DNA of 59,990 nucleotides, filler included, from Basidiobolus ranarum (taxonomy: Eukaryota), in assembly GCA_040143965.1 (NCBI GenBank). It is 9 parts of 9 records of this genome, joined end to end, with 100 filler letters (N's around TTAATTAATTAA, not from the genome) between each part and the next. Parts side by side here need not be neighbours in the genome. Positions count along the whole stretch, not along the records: positions 6,701 to 13,296 come from JASJQH010001290.1; positions 13,397 to 19,985 come from JASJQH010001291.1; positions 20,086 to 26,668 come from JASJQH010001292.1; 6 more parts are not named here. One strand, 5' to 3'. The stretch's first letter is position 1, and each line of letters starts with the position of its first letter. Of this stretch, positions 12,828 to 26,768 are shown piece by piece. A program made the translations under genes and the position numbers. The notes under the pieces were generated by a model, which was not told the DNA's origin, made no database searches, and saw only the letters and a list, made by a program, of their open reading frames with translations.

Positions 12828-13296
12828 ATGGTCACCGAGAGCTTTACCGCTGGTATTTTGTTTGTTAGTACATTGCCTTTTCGACCGACTTTTCTAACTT
12901 TGTTCAAGTTATCGCTGAGACTACTAGTCAATTGGTGAACTCGAATGGTACCTTTCCTTTCCACTTGAAGGAGAGTAAATTGAGTCCAAATGAATTTTTG
13001 GTTCAATATCCACCTGGTATGTTAAGTACATTTAGATCCTACTTTAGTGAAGTGTTAGTCATATCTACTCGTTACTAACTCGCTATTTCTCAGGTGCTTA
13101 TACAGCTTGTCGAACTCTAGGTCATACTTCAATAGTGGAGTTTGATTCTCATATGACTCGTATGTCCAACTCTATTAAAGATTACGATTTCACCAATGGG
13201 GTAGTTCCTGGAACTATGGAGGAGCTTTCTGCCAAGTTTAAGCTTTACAAAGAGGTGGAAAGTTTAAAAAAGATACTCGTTCCTATGATGAGAGAT
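12828..13296 (+). CDS. Aminotransferase class IV-like protein (3'-partial); exons 12828-12852, 12909-13016, 13094->13296
   Basis: The spliced frame gives FLVQYPPGAYTACRTLGHTSIVEFDSHMTRM, matching the GxYTxxRT...HxxR start of the fold type IV PLP family. Confidence 0.6.
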
Positions 13297-13396
13297 NNNN
13301 NNNNNNNNNNNNNNNNNNNNNNNNNNNNNNNNNNNNNNNNTTAATTAATTAANNNNNNNNNNNNNNNNNNNNNNNNNNNNNNNNNNNNNNNNNNNN

Positions 13397-13869
13397 CTAT
13401 GCTTGAAATCAAATCTGTTGAAACTTTACCTGACGGCCGTTCATTAGTAAATACGAATGGGCTATATCGTTTTCGAGTCCTTCAACATACTAATCAAGAT
13501 GGTTATTACGTCGGAAAGGTGGAGCGAGTCGATGACAGTGACTCTTTGGAAGCGCACGACTCTCCACCACCTAATCAACCATCTCTTAATGAGCTTATGA
13601 CTTCGGCGCAGGAATTTGTAGATATCATTAAAGAAGGTTGTGCACCCTGGCTAATTCAAAAACTGAACAGCACATATGGATCTATGCCTTCTAACCCGGC
13701 AGACTTCTCGTATTGGGCCTCTAGTGTAATCCCGATCGATGAGTATGAGAAATACAAACTGCTAGAGGCCCATTCAACCCGTAAACGTCTTAGTATGATT
13801 GTACACTGGGTTAAGCGTCTGAAAGAGCAAATGCGTCATACTACTAAAGGCGGTTGCACAGTTATGTAA
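13397..13869 (+). CDS. LON peptidase N-terminal domain / RING finger protein (LONRF-like), C-terminal part
   Basis: MLEIKSVETLPDGRSLV..G..RFRV...DGY, YGSMPSNPADFSYWASSVIP and EKYKLL...RKRL. Confidence 0.85.
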
Positions 13870-16254
13870 GCAGTGAACGCCGTAATCGTTGTTTCTAATA
13901 TCGTAAACCATTTAGCATTATTACAACACATCATCCTCGAAATATCAATGAAGCATCTCTACTATTTTTGATATACTGCCCTGTACCACTTCGTCTTTAG
14001 CATCATCAATCACCGAACCTGTCAAAACCCCTAGCCATCCATTGTAGAATTCCTAATCTAAGACCCATTTATGTATAAATCCATTACTTTACCAATTACA
14101 GTAAACATCAAGTAATATCATCTTACCATATTTGAAGGAATAACCGAGGTTATTGAACTAATGTCATTTTATACGTCTCATATGCATGTGCAACAGCCGA
14201 GGTCATCTGGTTCATGTTGGGAATTCAAATCGACTGATTTCCTAGAGATTCCCGATCTAAAACCCGGAATTCAAGTAGAAAATCAATCTGGACTAAATCT
14301 GACCATCCACAATGCATAATCAAATCAGATGAACTGGGAATACAGAGCAACCAAGAGCCACTACACTAATAATTATTAAACTACCACAACCTATACATTT
14401 GCAATCCCTTAGTTGTTACAGTAATCGAAGAACTACCTGAGCGTTTCAACAATTTTTGTAATCAAAGAAAAAGAGATACCACGCAATCACTTTGGAATCT
14501 GTACCTCATTGCCATTCAATGGACGGGTAGATGAAAGGGCGATATCTGACTGACTAAGGTAGCTATTCATTCCTGCATTGAATCCACACATTTGCTCGAA
14601 TTTCTACGCCGTCAACCTGCAGTTAGAAGCGCTTTGAATTGAAAACCTCTGGGAAGGAGCACAAGCAGCATCGCAGGAATCGTGACAAATGATTATAGTG
14701 GCGAGTACTTAACAGTCTGGATAAAATGCCAATGAACTTTTTGGAACGGTGAAACTGAAGCGTCACAAGTCAGGAAGCTACTGAACCAAATTCTATATAT
14801 GATACCATCAACTCTGATACGTCTCCTGAACAACCTTGGCTAGGGTGTTCCTGGGATCTTTATGTGCTATTGGTGATTCATAATTGTGGTATAATGACTA
14901 ATACGATTTAGGTTTGTGAGAGTTCGCTATACCTTCAATTGCGTCGTAGCCATGACTTAAACAGTCGATATAATGATTGAGACATTGATTCAAAACATAG
15001 AAAACTGATCAAGTTCTCCGATCGATCGGTTTGGCATACACTAGAGTAACCATGGCCAAGATTGAAGGATCCAGAATCGAAATTCAATTGTCGTTCGTGC
15101 CATTATCAGATCTTCATTTATTTAGCACCTAAATTTGTATAGCATCAATATTTGTTACACTAAGGTATATTTTACTCGGCGATTAATGGCTGCACAAATC
15201 ACCTTGATTACTATTCGAACTCTTTCTTGGTTCATACGATAACATGAACAGAAAAGCATGTCTAGAACCCACTACCTAACCTTTTCGATTGTTATGTCTT
15301 AATGGTTGTTTGATGCAAACCGGGGTTTCTGTTGTAGAAGATATATCAAACTTGTCAAAACCCCTTCCTTGATTGGTTCAGCATATTTCACCATTAAGAA
15401 TCACCCATAAACTCTCCAGCACTAGATTTGTATTAGGTGAAATCTCAAGTTTGTATTTGAATTACCACAACTAATTATCAGAACAAATGCTACTTTTAAT
15501 ATGGCGAGTTTTCTGGCCAATTATTGGGTGTATATTTCAACAATTATGAGCTTTCGCCATCATGGAGTAAGCTTGAACCACCAAGTAAATCACCTCTCAT
15601 CAATAAACACCGCATTAACAGGTCAGTTAATAATGGTAAAATCAGTAGATGAAAGGTAAATATAGTGAGTCGAGGTTTTTTGTCGGACATGCAAATATTC
15701 TGATATTTTCACCGTTCTCTTGTTAACGTAACAGTCTTCAACTCCATTCACGTTAGCCTATCTCTTATTGGATGTGGTTTGAACTGTACTGAGCCAAAAA
15801 GTTGACGAGAATATACGGTACTAACCCCATGTTGATATTTGACTACACTTGTAGTCAAACGAGCATTATTGTTCAATGGAATTCCAATGCATGCTATGTA
15901 TCATGGTTAAACAAGCCAAGCAAGGGTACACCATCATATTGTCATTTCTCAAGAAATGTCCTCTACTTGAACTGAGGTCAGTTATTCGTCTTTAATCGTC
16001 CATTCAAGCATACTTTAATGACCACTAATTTGGATTGAAGATTGATTTATGGTGTTCAAACAACAGATATCCACACAAGAATCAATATTTGGAATTCCAA
16101 ATTACATGGATGATGTAAGGAGAAATGGATATACAAAATACCATTTACATTGTAAAAGTTTAGTAAATATTGTGGATTCGTTTACACGATATGTCAGAAT
16201 GGAGGAGAAACATATGGGTTTACATAGTTGATGGTCCATAAAATTAATTTTATA

Positions 16255-17255
16255 TTAAGCAATATTGGTCAAGTAATCCTTTACTTCGTTAACGGTTAAC
16301 TTTCGGAATTTACGTTCTTCTTCTGAATCACCACCACCGATGACTCCGATTTCAATGGAGTGTTCGGTCATTTCTCCTTCGTATCCTTCTTTCAGAGTAA
16401 GAATGGCAGTATGAATAGCATCATCTAACTCCATATCTTCATTGTATCTGATTATAATCAAGTATTAGTTTAACCTTGGGTACAAACAAAGGTAAAGGGG
16501 ATTATTCTGTACCGTTTCTCAAGGAAAGTTTTGGCATTCACCATATTCTTTCCAATGGCAGTAGCCTTCCAAGCCCAGTAAGAACCAGAAGGGTCAACCT
16601 GATAGAGGGATGGGCCATGTTCATCATAACCAGCAACTAATAAAGATACACCAAATGGACGTACACCACTAAGAAGTTTAGGATCAGTATGAGTATGAGT
16701 GTAAGGTGCGATAAGTTTTTATATTAGATTGCTAACCCCCGTTGAGTGAATTCTTGCATCACTCCAGCAACGTCTTTTACCAACATGGTATTCGAGGGAT
16801 CTTCTTGATAAACACGACGGTATGTTTGCGCACTTTTTCTAGCTTTATTGACCAACACTCTAGCATCTGGACCCATACCAGAGTACACTAAGCCGACATT
16901 AGGGCAGATAGTGGATATTTTTTCAACTGTGGTAGAGTCGATCAGGGGTGAAGCTGTCTTCTTCTCCGTAGCAATTACAATACCATTCGCGGCTATTTAT
17001 CATATATACACAATTAGTATGCGACTATTATTACACCAAGACAAGTTGAAGAAAAACAAATATGAGAAAACATTTGAAAGAGTGATTTCACAACAATAGC
17101 CTAAAAATAAGGTACTCCACAAAGCAAGGTTAAATCTCACCTTTGATTCCAATACTGGTGACACCTTGAGCAACAGCATTGAGGGCATATTCAATCTGAA
17201 CCAGCTTTCCAGAGGGAGAGAAAGTGGTAAGGGAAAAACTATAACGATCAGACAT
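16255..17255 (-). CDS. PRE8: 20S proteasome subunit alpha type-2; exons 17255-17141, 16992-16737, 16668-16513, 16447-16255
   Basis: [54 protein letters not shown] and [11 protein letters not shown]. Confidence 0.96.
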
Positions 17256-18646
17256 GATTCAAGTATATTCGCGAACTGTTCAAATATCAACTATAACGAA
17301 TATCTCACTTCCAGTTGTACTTTAGGAGCTCTTGAATAACAGAAATCGCATTACGAAAACGATTACGTCTTACCCTAGTGGCCCCCTGTATATTTTAATC
17401 CATTTTTTTCAAAGTGATTAGTGACAAACCCAATTCGTATTGTGAATTTAAGATCATAATTGTTCTAGATTTCTGAGTTGGTTTAAAAGTATGAATGTTG
17501 CTAAGCACAGGGTAAGGTAGAATTAATATCATAATATTACACTACACCAACACAGGATTCCACGATCAACACTATGCCAATATTCACTTTAGCTATCTAT
17601 TGAGCTGAGTTAATTGCACTAGAAGCGGATATTGAACTTTCAGTGTCAACAATCTGTTTGAATTGGGTAACAACTTCCATAGCAGTAGGTAAATAACTTA
17701 GGAAATTATTAGCTCATTAAAATTATGATATGGTCTATGTTTGAAGTGAACTACTGAACTCATTGCTTATCGATTGCAGTTGGGCTGTGTATTCAAGTAG
17801 GTTTAATCTGGATTTCAACTTGGACTAAGGACAAGGTGCTATTTATTGATTTCAACCATAGGCTAAAGATAGGCTTTTCTGATGTTTGCAGTGAAACCTG
17901 GTGCTGGATCAATGAATGGCCCAACAGTCGTACAAACCCTTGGTATGTTCTGGTTTAGTTACTCCTATGATGCAGTAATACGAGGAAGTATCCGAAGAAC
18001 AAGAGATTTTGGGGAACTCTGTGATCATCTGTAATTTCAAATATATAGATAGTTACACGGAGTTCCACTGCCAAGCATTTGGGTGTTCAGAAAATGTGAT
18101 TGTGACTGAGGCCACAATTGGAATACTGTTTCCTGTCAAACCCAATATTACCTTGATTGAGAACTGCTCGGATCTTGCGATCAGCCAGTTAAAAACTAAG
18201 ATGACAGCATCATATCGAGATACTACTCACAGATATCAATCGTACCTCAAAGGCTACTTTAATTGCTTTTACAATGAATCTTTCAATTTCATGAAATCTC
18301 CAGAATGACACAACAGCTTGCCAATAGAAATCATGTACCTGAACACAACCCCAGGAAACGCTTTACTAAAAGATTTAGTCCAACCGAAGCTCTACACGCC
18401 TCTAACTATCCCACATGACTCCATTGGAAGTGGGGCCCGCTTGAAGTACCAGGTTTGCCTATCAGATACACTATATCCATCACTTACTAGCGTCCATTCA
18501 AACATGCACTCTCAACATAGAAGAAACTCATGGTTTATTTTATCGGGGATAAGGCTCTAGAATAGTGTTACAAAATACCCGTAATATAACGATGATTCAA
18601 ACTAGAGTGGAAAATTGCGGGTGCAAATAGGGCTATTACAGTATAC

Positions 18647-19699
18647 CTATACTTTCTCATTTACATCCTTCGATTGGAGGATTTCTTCTTGTCTGGACTC
18701 CAAATCTTTGACGTAAGTGTAGTAGCAACTACCCACCAAAATCAAGGTAATTCCGGAGACACGTGAACCCGTCAAGAGATCTCCGAAGCAGTAAACGGCA
18801 AGGATGGTTTGTAAAACTCCACGAACTGCCGAAGAAATCATGTGTGTGACAGGGGAGGTAACTTTGATTTGCAAAAAGCCAGCGATATTGATCAAAAAAC
18901 CAAAGAATCCGGTCACTAACACACCAATAATGAAAGTACGAATATGGACCGAGTCATCTCCAGATCCGAATAAAGAATACAAGCCTTGAACTTCACTGTT
19001 AAGGAAGATGACGGGAATCAAAGCAATTCCCGAGAGGAAATTGTTATAATATACCAACTCCATGGTATTGTTGTTAACAACTTCGAGTGATTTTTTGATA
19101 ACGATAGCATGAGTGGCCGTAGTAACGCTGGAAATAACTCCGAACATGATTCCAACAAAAGACACGTTGAAGGAAGCTATCTCGCCTCCAACACCAACGA
19201 AAAAGCCGCTGCAGACAATGGCACAGGCCAAGATAACACTAAGAGATGATTTTTTTTTCAGTACGACCCAACTCAATACCACGGTGAAAGGCAATACTAA
19301 GGCACGAGCGACCTGGTAGAACGAAGCATCAAGATATTGCAAACAAAGAGTATTGAAGGTGAGTCCGATAACATTGATGGTGATAAGAGGCGCCAGAGCG
19401 ACACAGGTTTGTAGGTTCAACTTTGGAATAACAAATAGATTGAAGAGGCTACTCAAGTGAAAGAAGACCACCGCCAGGGCGATTTGAGCCCACAAAAAGG
19501 TTACAGGAACGGAGACAGCGTTAAGGACCCACTAAAACATAGGCTCATTAGTATCATGCTACGAGAAAACTCAACACACTGCCAGACTTACTTTGTTGGC
19601 CATCACCATCACCAGTGCAGTGACAATGTAGAAGGAGACCGAGAAGGCAACCATTTTACGGTTACCATTCTCAGTGTCTTTGGTAGTATTGGAGGGCAT
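18647..19699 (-). CDS. Nucleotide-sugar transporter (SLC35C1 GDP-fucose transporter-like); exons 19699-19592, 19531-18647; ~330 aa
   Basis: About 10 TM helices, with FNTLCLQYLDASFYQVARALVLPF and LQIKVTSPVTHMISSAVRGVLQT. Confidence 0.88.
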
Positions 19700-20085
19700 T
19701 AATGTTAGAAATAATTTAGAGAAAGGTTGTTGAAGGGCCTGAATTAAAAATATATATAAAAATCACTGAGTAGGAAAGAATCAGGAACAGCCTTTTAAGT
19801 GAGATGAGAGCTAATCGATTGACCATTTGCAATGGGCGATTCAGTAACAGATGTATGAATAGATTCCAGTTTCGAACACCAACGTAACTTAGTCTATATT
19901 GGTCCAATCCTCGCTCGCATTGAAGGACTTGATTTTATTTTAATCCACATGCCCCTTGCAATCATTCGATTTGCCCCATAGCATTNNNNNNNNNNNNNNN
20001 NNNNNNNNNNNNNNNNNNNNNNNNNNNNNTTAATTAATTAANNNNNNNNNNNNNNNNNNNNNNNNNNNNNNNNNNNNNNNNNNNN

Positions 20086-20891
20086 CAATGGATGAGAGCT
20101 GATCTGCCATAGTTTTTATTCAATTTATATGATTAAGCAAAGAACCATCAGGATTCATCTGAATTGAGAACAATTTTGCCTAAGATGTAGCCTATTAGCC
20201 AGACTTTTAGTCTCATATAGTCCCTCAAGTTTTTTCACAAGCATTTTGGATATTTTTGGCTGATTGTATGTTCCTCATTGAAAATCTCTGAGATGTAGAC
20301 AAAGTGTAGAGAGTGCTTTCCCCTGCTTCTTGTGAAATACAAGGATAGCTTCTGGTGGCCCCTTGGGCTCTATTTCTCCTCCTGAAACAAATCCCCAAAG
20401 GTCCTTGTCTTCTAGCACCATTTGCATCTTGAACTTCCAAAGGTGAAAGTCTTCATCATCAAACTTCTCTGTGGATGCAAAAATGTTGGTGATAGTACTG
20501 GTAGACATTCCTTTAACAGCTAGCTTGGGGCTCATAACCTGATAAAAGTGTTTAGGGGATTTGGAAGTGTTTTGGACAAGATTTGGATTTGTGAATTGGA
20601 CACTTAAGTTTTATTGAATTGAATATGTCCTATTTAGAGTTTACTATGAAATCGGACTATTGGACATGCTTAGTTCATAACAAACATATTTGTTAAGCAT
20701 GGGTGAAAATTTGAGGTGATTTGGAGAAGTTTTGAGAAAATAGTGAATATTGGTCAAAGTGATCTAGTTGATATTTCTATCAATTAGAGCAATAAACACA
20801 TATTTTTCAATGACAAAATTGAGTGCTAAATAATCAGTATATGAGTAAGCTAACTTGTAAATATTGAGTTGCTATTTACCTAATTTGAACT
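20086..20891 (-). mobile_element. Copia family B: LTR (20891-20540), PBS GGTTATGAGCCC (20539-20528), start of gag
   Basis: The LTR matches the solo LTR at 36121-36471. Gag reads EKFDDEDFHLWKFKMQMVLEDKDLW. Confidence 0.9.
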
Positions 20892-23550
20892 TTCCCACTT
20901 GACTAATTATTTTGTATTTCTCTTAAACCTAACTTAAATCTTCATAATTCAAATTGTGCTTGAGCCCAAAGTGTGGTTAGAATGTCACAATCATTTCTTC
21001 AGTAGGGCAATAGACAAGTTCAATTATATCATTCTTTCTTGTTTCTCTAACACAATAATGCTTAATACCCATATATTTTGTTCTATCATGAAATGTAGGA
21101 TTTTTAGCTAATGAAATACAACTAGGATTATCTTCAGCTACAGTAATAGCACATTTTGCATTTATCCTAAGTCTGTAAATAACTTCCTTAACCACATAGC
21201 TTCTTTTGTAGTAGCAGAGGCGGCCATATACTCTGCTTCTGTAGAGGAAAGTGCTACAGTTGGTTGCTCTTACTATTCTGAGCTATGGTTCAATTACAAT
21301 AGAGAAAAGTGTACCTAGTTATAGATCTCCAATCATCAAGGTTTCTTCCCCAGTCTGCATCATTGTAGCCTTCAAAGTTTTGGGCATCAGGGGTGGCAGA
21401 GTATTCCAGCACTAGATCTACAGTTCCTCTGAAATACCTGAATATTTGTTTTACTGCAGTTTTGTACTCAGATCCTGGATTTTTGAGATATTGGCTGACA
21501 GTTCCCACTGCTTTAGCAATTTCTGGATGTGTTCTAAACATCATATATATTAGACTACCTACCATGGATTGATAAGGGAGCTCCTGGCTTTGATTTGAGT
21601 CATTTTGGGCCAAATTGGATGATATTTTGATTGATGTCACATTGGAACCATGGGTGTTCAAACAGGCTTGCTATTCTCCATGTTGAAGTGTTTCAGGATG
21701 TCTAGAATGTATCTAGACTGATTTGGCATGATTTTCTGGTTGGGTGTATCTCCTTTGATTTGGATTCCAAGAAAATATCTTAATTCACCCATATCAGTCA
21801 TCTGAAATTGGTTTGTTAAGCCGCTTTTTGTCTGATCAAGTGCTTCAAGAACATTTGTGGCTATGATCAAGTCATCCAAATATAGTGCCAAGATAAGGAT
21901 CCTATTTCTGGTTGTTTTGATGTATATACTGTGCTCTGCTGTGGATTTTTGGAATTCTAGTAATTCTAAATAGGTGTCTATCTTGTTGTACTATGCCCTG
22001 GGTGCTTGCTTGAGACCATACAGTAATCTTTGCAGTTTACAGACCATATCAGGATGTATTGGGTAAAACAAATTCTTCTAATTGCTCCATGTGGATCTCC
22101 TTCTAGATTTCCATTCAGAAAGGCTGTTTTTATGTCCATTCAATGTAGATCAAGATCATGGATGGCTGAGAGTGCCAGGACTGATCTCATGGAGCTAAAT
22201 TTAGCAACTGGAGCAAAGGTTTTGTCAAAATCAGCTCCTGCACTCTGGGAATAGTGTTGTGCAACCAATGTTGCTTTGTACCTTTCTCTGGCTCCATCAG
22301 CTCAGTTTTTGACCTTGTAGACCCAGTTGCAATCTATTGGCTTTCTCCCTCATGGTAGAGGACTTCAAACCCACATTTTATTGACCAGAAGTGAAGAAAG
22401 CTCATTTGACATTGCTGTTTCCTATAGTTTTTATTTGGGACTCTCCAGAGCTTGATCTAGCATCAGTGGCTTGTCACAGAAAGTCACTGGAACTTTGGTT
22501 GAATAGGGCTTGGATACAGCTGGAATCTTGTCAGACATTTCCTGAATAGTCCTGATTTTGTTTTCTGGATCAAGAACTGTGATTTGAGATGAAAAATTTG
22601 CCTTTTCATTGTAAATCAAAGCTCTACACTTAAGAGCAGTATTCTCCACCATTAACACTCCTTAGTACCCTCATTTTGTGCTGATTTTTTCTCTACCATT
22701 GCTTTGTTTTGCTTAAACATGGCAAAGACTTCAGATTTTGAATCGAACAAGAATACCTAAGTATATCATGTTTTGTCATCAATCAAGGTTGTGAAGTACC
22801 TTTTCTCACCTAATGAGATGTTTTTCATGAGTCCACACCAGTAAGAATGAGTCACAGCCACATTGTGAGTGGATTTGCTCTCTCCAGAGCAGGAAAACAG
22901 CTGTCTGTGATGTTTTCCACACATGTAACCTGCACACAGAGCAAATGTAGTGAAATTTTGAATTTCAAAGCGTGAAACAAGCTAATTTCAGATCAATTGG
23001 GTCAATTTTTGTTGCCTACTAAGGTCTAATCTTCTATGATGCATTTGACAGCTTGTTGGACTGGTTCAAGCCAAGCTTGCATGTGCAGAATACACTTTGT
23101 TGATTTCTAGTGTTTGCAAGCCTTGAGTTTTGATCCCAATAGCTAATTTTGAATTTTTCTGATCTGCAATTATGCATCCAGCCTTGCCAAACACAGAAAT
23201 TAGTCCTTGAGTTGTTGTTTGGCTTACATAGAGTAGAATCTTGATTTTAGGTCAATTATGAGGTTCCCAAACTTGTCTGGTAGGCTGCTTAGTAATGTCA
23301 TAACTAAGACATCTTAATTTAAAGGTGCTCCAATGGATGACAGCTGATCTGCCATAGGTTTTATCCAATTTTTACAATTAAGCATAGAATCATCAGAATT
23401 CATCTGAAATGAGAACAATTTTTCACCTAAGATATAGCCTATTAGCCAGACTTTTAGTCTCATATAGTCCCTCAAGTGTTTCCCAAGCATTTTGGACATT
23501 TTTGGCCAATTGTATGTACCTCAATTGAGAATCTCTGAGATGTAGACAAT
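20892..23550 (-). mobile_element. Decayed, internally deleted copia family B gag-pol (gag, integrase, RT, RNase H)
   Basis: RT motif LALYLDDLII, RNase H GYNDADWG...STEAEY...EDNPSCI, gag AWETLEGLYE. Many stops and frameshifts. A purine tract sits next to the LTR. Confidence 0.9.
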
Positions 23551-23699
23551 CCCTAGGGTTTAGTAGATTCCTGCTCCTTATAGACTCCTTTAGCTGCATT
23601 TCTTCCTTTTCCATGTTGATAATTACGTACATTTTTGAGGTGTTTTATGAATAGGTCTATACTAGCCCAATTGCTATCTACTAGCAAACACCAAGGATA

Positions 23700-24570
23700 A
23701 ACCAAATCAACAAGTTAGGAACCTATAGAGTAATGCCTATTTTGGTTTTTCAACAATTGGCTCAAATCCAGGTGATTTTGGGCAAGATTCCGCATAGTTT
23801 CCAAAATGTTAAAACACTTGTCTTCAAATGAAGTGAAGGCAGCTCTGACATTTGGAGTCTTTTGGTTTGCTGGTTTTCCTATGAGATTTCTTCTTTCACA
23901 CAGGTGCCAAAGTGTGAAACCACCCATCATCACTGCAAGTGATGGCAACTCTGAAGTTCAGAGTCATTTGGTTTGCTGGTTTTCCAATAGGATTTCTACT
24001 TTCATGTGCCAAAGCAATTTCTGGTTGATGTGTGGGCTTAATGGTCCAACACATATTCTGCTCTGCTAGATTGTCACAGTGACATTCATATGTATGGTGT
24101 GAGATTGATTGAAATCCCATATGAGAATGGACAGAGGGACCAGCATGTTGCCATAGCTCCAGTACAGCATTCTGAAGGCCTTGTATCATTGTTAAGTGTA
24201 GTTGCTACTGAACACTGCATTAAATGCAATATTGTGGCATTATAGCATGTCCTGGCCTGTATGGGAACATCACAGCTTTTGCTTATTATACCATAAAAAA
24301 CATTTGGTGTCCTGCTTGCAACTCCCTTGTTGTAATAACTCTGTCCAAACTTTCTATGGGTGGTTGTTCAATAGTTGGCAAAGTAGATATTTTGTAGTTG
24401 CTGGTCTTGACGATGTTTCTGTTGAACTTTGCTCAACTATTGATTTACTAGGTAATTGGGGGATCACATACTCTTCACATATATTACTGATGGAAAGGAA
24501 CATATCTGGTAAATTGCTCAATTCTTCATCATTCCTTGACTTAGTTTCTGTCATGTTACCAGCTTCAAAA
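23700..24570 (-). repeat. Dispersed repeat homologous to the ~750-bp tandem units at 38515-40021
   Basis: Reverse-complement similarity, for example translated HMGFQSISHHTYECHCDNLAEQN versus HMVFQSIPHHTYNCHYDNLAEQN at 38685-39110. Confidence 0.75.
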
Positions 24571-24599
24571 GTGGATAGTGGATTACATTATTAACCAAA

Positions 24600-26353
24600 A
24601 AATACAAGAATCTCCTTATGTTTAGTCTCTACATATGCAAATACTTGACTGATCAGACATAACTCAACAACATCAATATGCTTTACCAGCAAACTCATGG
24701 TGGAAAAATTACTGAACATCTGAAGTTTTGAATTGCACTGACACTTGGCAAATAGCTGACTCTTGTTACCATTCACAATGAGAATAAGATCTTGGATTTT
24801 GGCAAATTTTCATAAAGAATTTAGCCAACATATCCCAAACTTGCAGTTAGCAAATGTCTTGCCACAACTAGGTGTGTTGTTGCTTGAATGGATTACCCCA
24901 TGGCTAAAGCAATAATACTACATATCTTGATCTATCTCACCAAGAAGTCTTGCAGCTTTCCTACAAATACTATCAGATAATCACACAAACAAATTAGTCC
25001 AAATAGTAGAGATACATACTCTGTGTCCATGGGTTGGGTTTTGTTTCCATAACTGTGCTTAAACAATGCATAAACCCATGAAAACATTGAAAAGAGCCCT
25101 TTGTGGCAATGTTAATATAATCTGGAGTCTCCTAACCCATTGCATTGTATCCATCACTGATCTTGCTGATACATTATTAATCAGCATAGCATATGGCAAT
25201 ACTGATAATTTCATATACAGAATCTTTTCACTGCAGGTGCACTCCATTGGGAACTTGCAGAATGTATTGCAAGGGCCTAACAAATGTCCTGCCACAAGTA
25301 GGTGTGTTATTGCTTGAATGGATTACCACATGGCTAAAGCAATAATACTGCATATCTTGATCTATCTAACCACAAAGTCTCTCTTGCAGCTTTCCTACAA
25401 ATAGTTTCAGATAATCACACACAAATTAGCCCAAATTATAGAGGTACTTATTCTGTGTCCATGGATTGGGTTTTGTTGCTGTTATTGTGCTCAAACAATG
25501 CAAAAACTCATGAGCACTTTGAAAAGAGGCCTTTGTTGGAAGGTTAATATACTCTGGAGTCTCCTTAACCCATCACATTACATCCATTGCCAATTTTGCT
25601 GATACATTGTTGATCAGATTAGTATATGATAATACTGACAATTTCACATAAATCATTCTCTCACTGCAAGTGTTCTCCATTGGGAACTCCCAGAATGTAT
25701 AGCAAGGGCCTATAATCTTTAAGCATTGTGAAAGATGCAGCAGGAAATGTATTGAATACTGGCATAGATTCAGTCAATCTTCTTTAAACCTGTAATAAAG
25801 CTTTTCATATACAATTATAAAATCTTTGTACAGTCACTGTATCTGCCTGAGATCTGTCAATGTGAGTTGATGCCATAAGACTATGTTAACTATATTCACA
25901 AACAACTCACAATGTTGCAAATACTATCAGGAAGAAATCTTTTCAAGATTACAATTGAATATATACATATCTAATACTTCAAGTTGTGCATTTGAGAATA
26001 TGCCACAATGAGTGGATATTAATGGAGTCCTGGTAAAATATGATGGTATCTTAATGTTTTCAAATATTTTCCAAATTGATTTAAACTTTGATCCTATCTT
26101 GAATGGCTCATTCCTATTGAATATGCCACTATATAGCTGAGTAAGTAGTATTGGAAAGTTGTTGAATAGTAAGTGCATAGTGCCTAATGAGAATCTCTGG
26201 CTCCAGTCAATCCCCTGTATTGATACAATCTTAGGCTTACAGCTAATACCAAGTTCAATGTTAGACTGACTATTTGGTGAATTGATATTGGTGATCATGT
26301 TGAAATCTGAATGGGCTGTTGATGATAAAATCATCAAGTTTGGTTTTGTATTT
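24600..26353 (-). mobile_element. Decayed CACTA/En-Spm (CMC)-like transposase with an internal ~430-bp tandem duplication (~24852-25281 and ~25282-25710)
   Basis: FSLGTMHLLFNN resembles the D-x-MH motif, and GPCNTFCKFPMECTC resembles GP..W.FPMER.C. The duplicated AAATGTC(T/C)TGCCACAA occurs at 24852 and 25282. Confidence 0.7.
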
Positions 26354-26668
26354 CCCTAACAGAAATTTGAGGATTGTTATTGCAGGAAAACCGTCACAAT
26401 TTTAATCCATTTGGGATTTACCGTTTACTTACTGTCATAAAATCATCAAGTTAGATTTGATTTTAATCAATTATTTCAGTTTCAGAAGTGAAATGTCAAG
26501 ATCTCGCAAAATAGTTGCAAATGATTGGCTAAAATCTCAGAGAACTATAGTTCAACACATGTGCAAAAAACGTAACTCAAATTTTACACAATTACCACTT
26601 GAATGCTAATTTGTCACCTTCAAAATCCCTAGTCTCTTTGATATATTCTCCTGAATATTTTTATAGAG
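26354..26668. repeat. Terminus of an unclassified repeat beginning CCCT(A/G)ACAGAAATTTGAGG, shared with 42832-43140
   Basis: About 300 bp of clear similarity to contig 7. Both copies begin abruptly at CCC inside unrelated transposon sequence. Confidence 0.7.
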
Positions 26669-26768
26669 NNNNNNNNNNNNNNNNNNNNNNNNNNNNNNNN
26701 NNNNNNNNNNNNTTAATTAATTAANNNNNNNNNNNNNNNNNNNNNNNNNNNNNNNNNNNNNNNNNNNN

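Noticed and set aside
17950-18560. Two short adjacent plus-strand ORFs
   Set aside because: No recognisable domain or consistent splice model.
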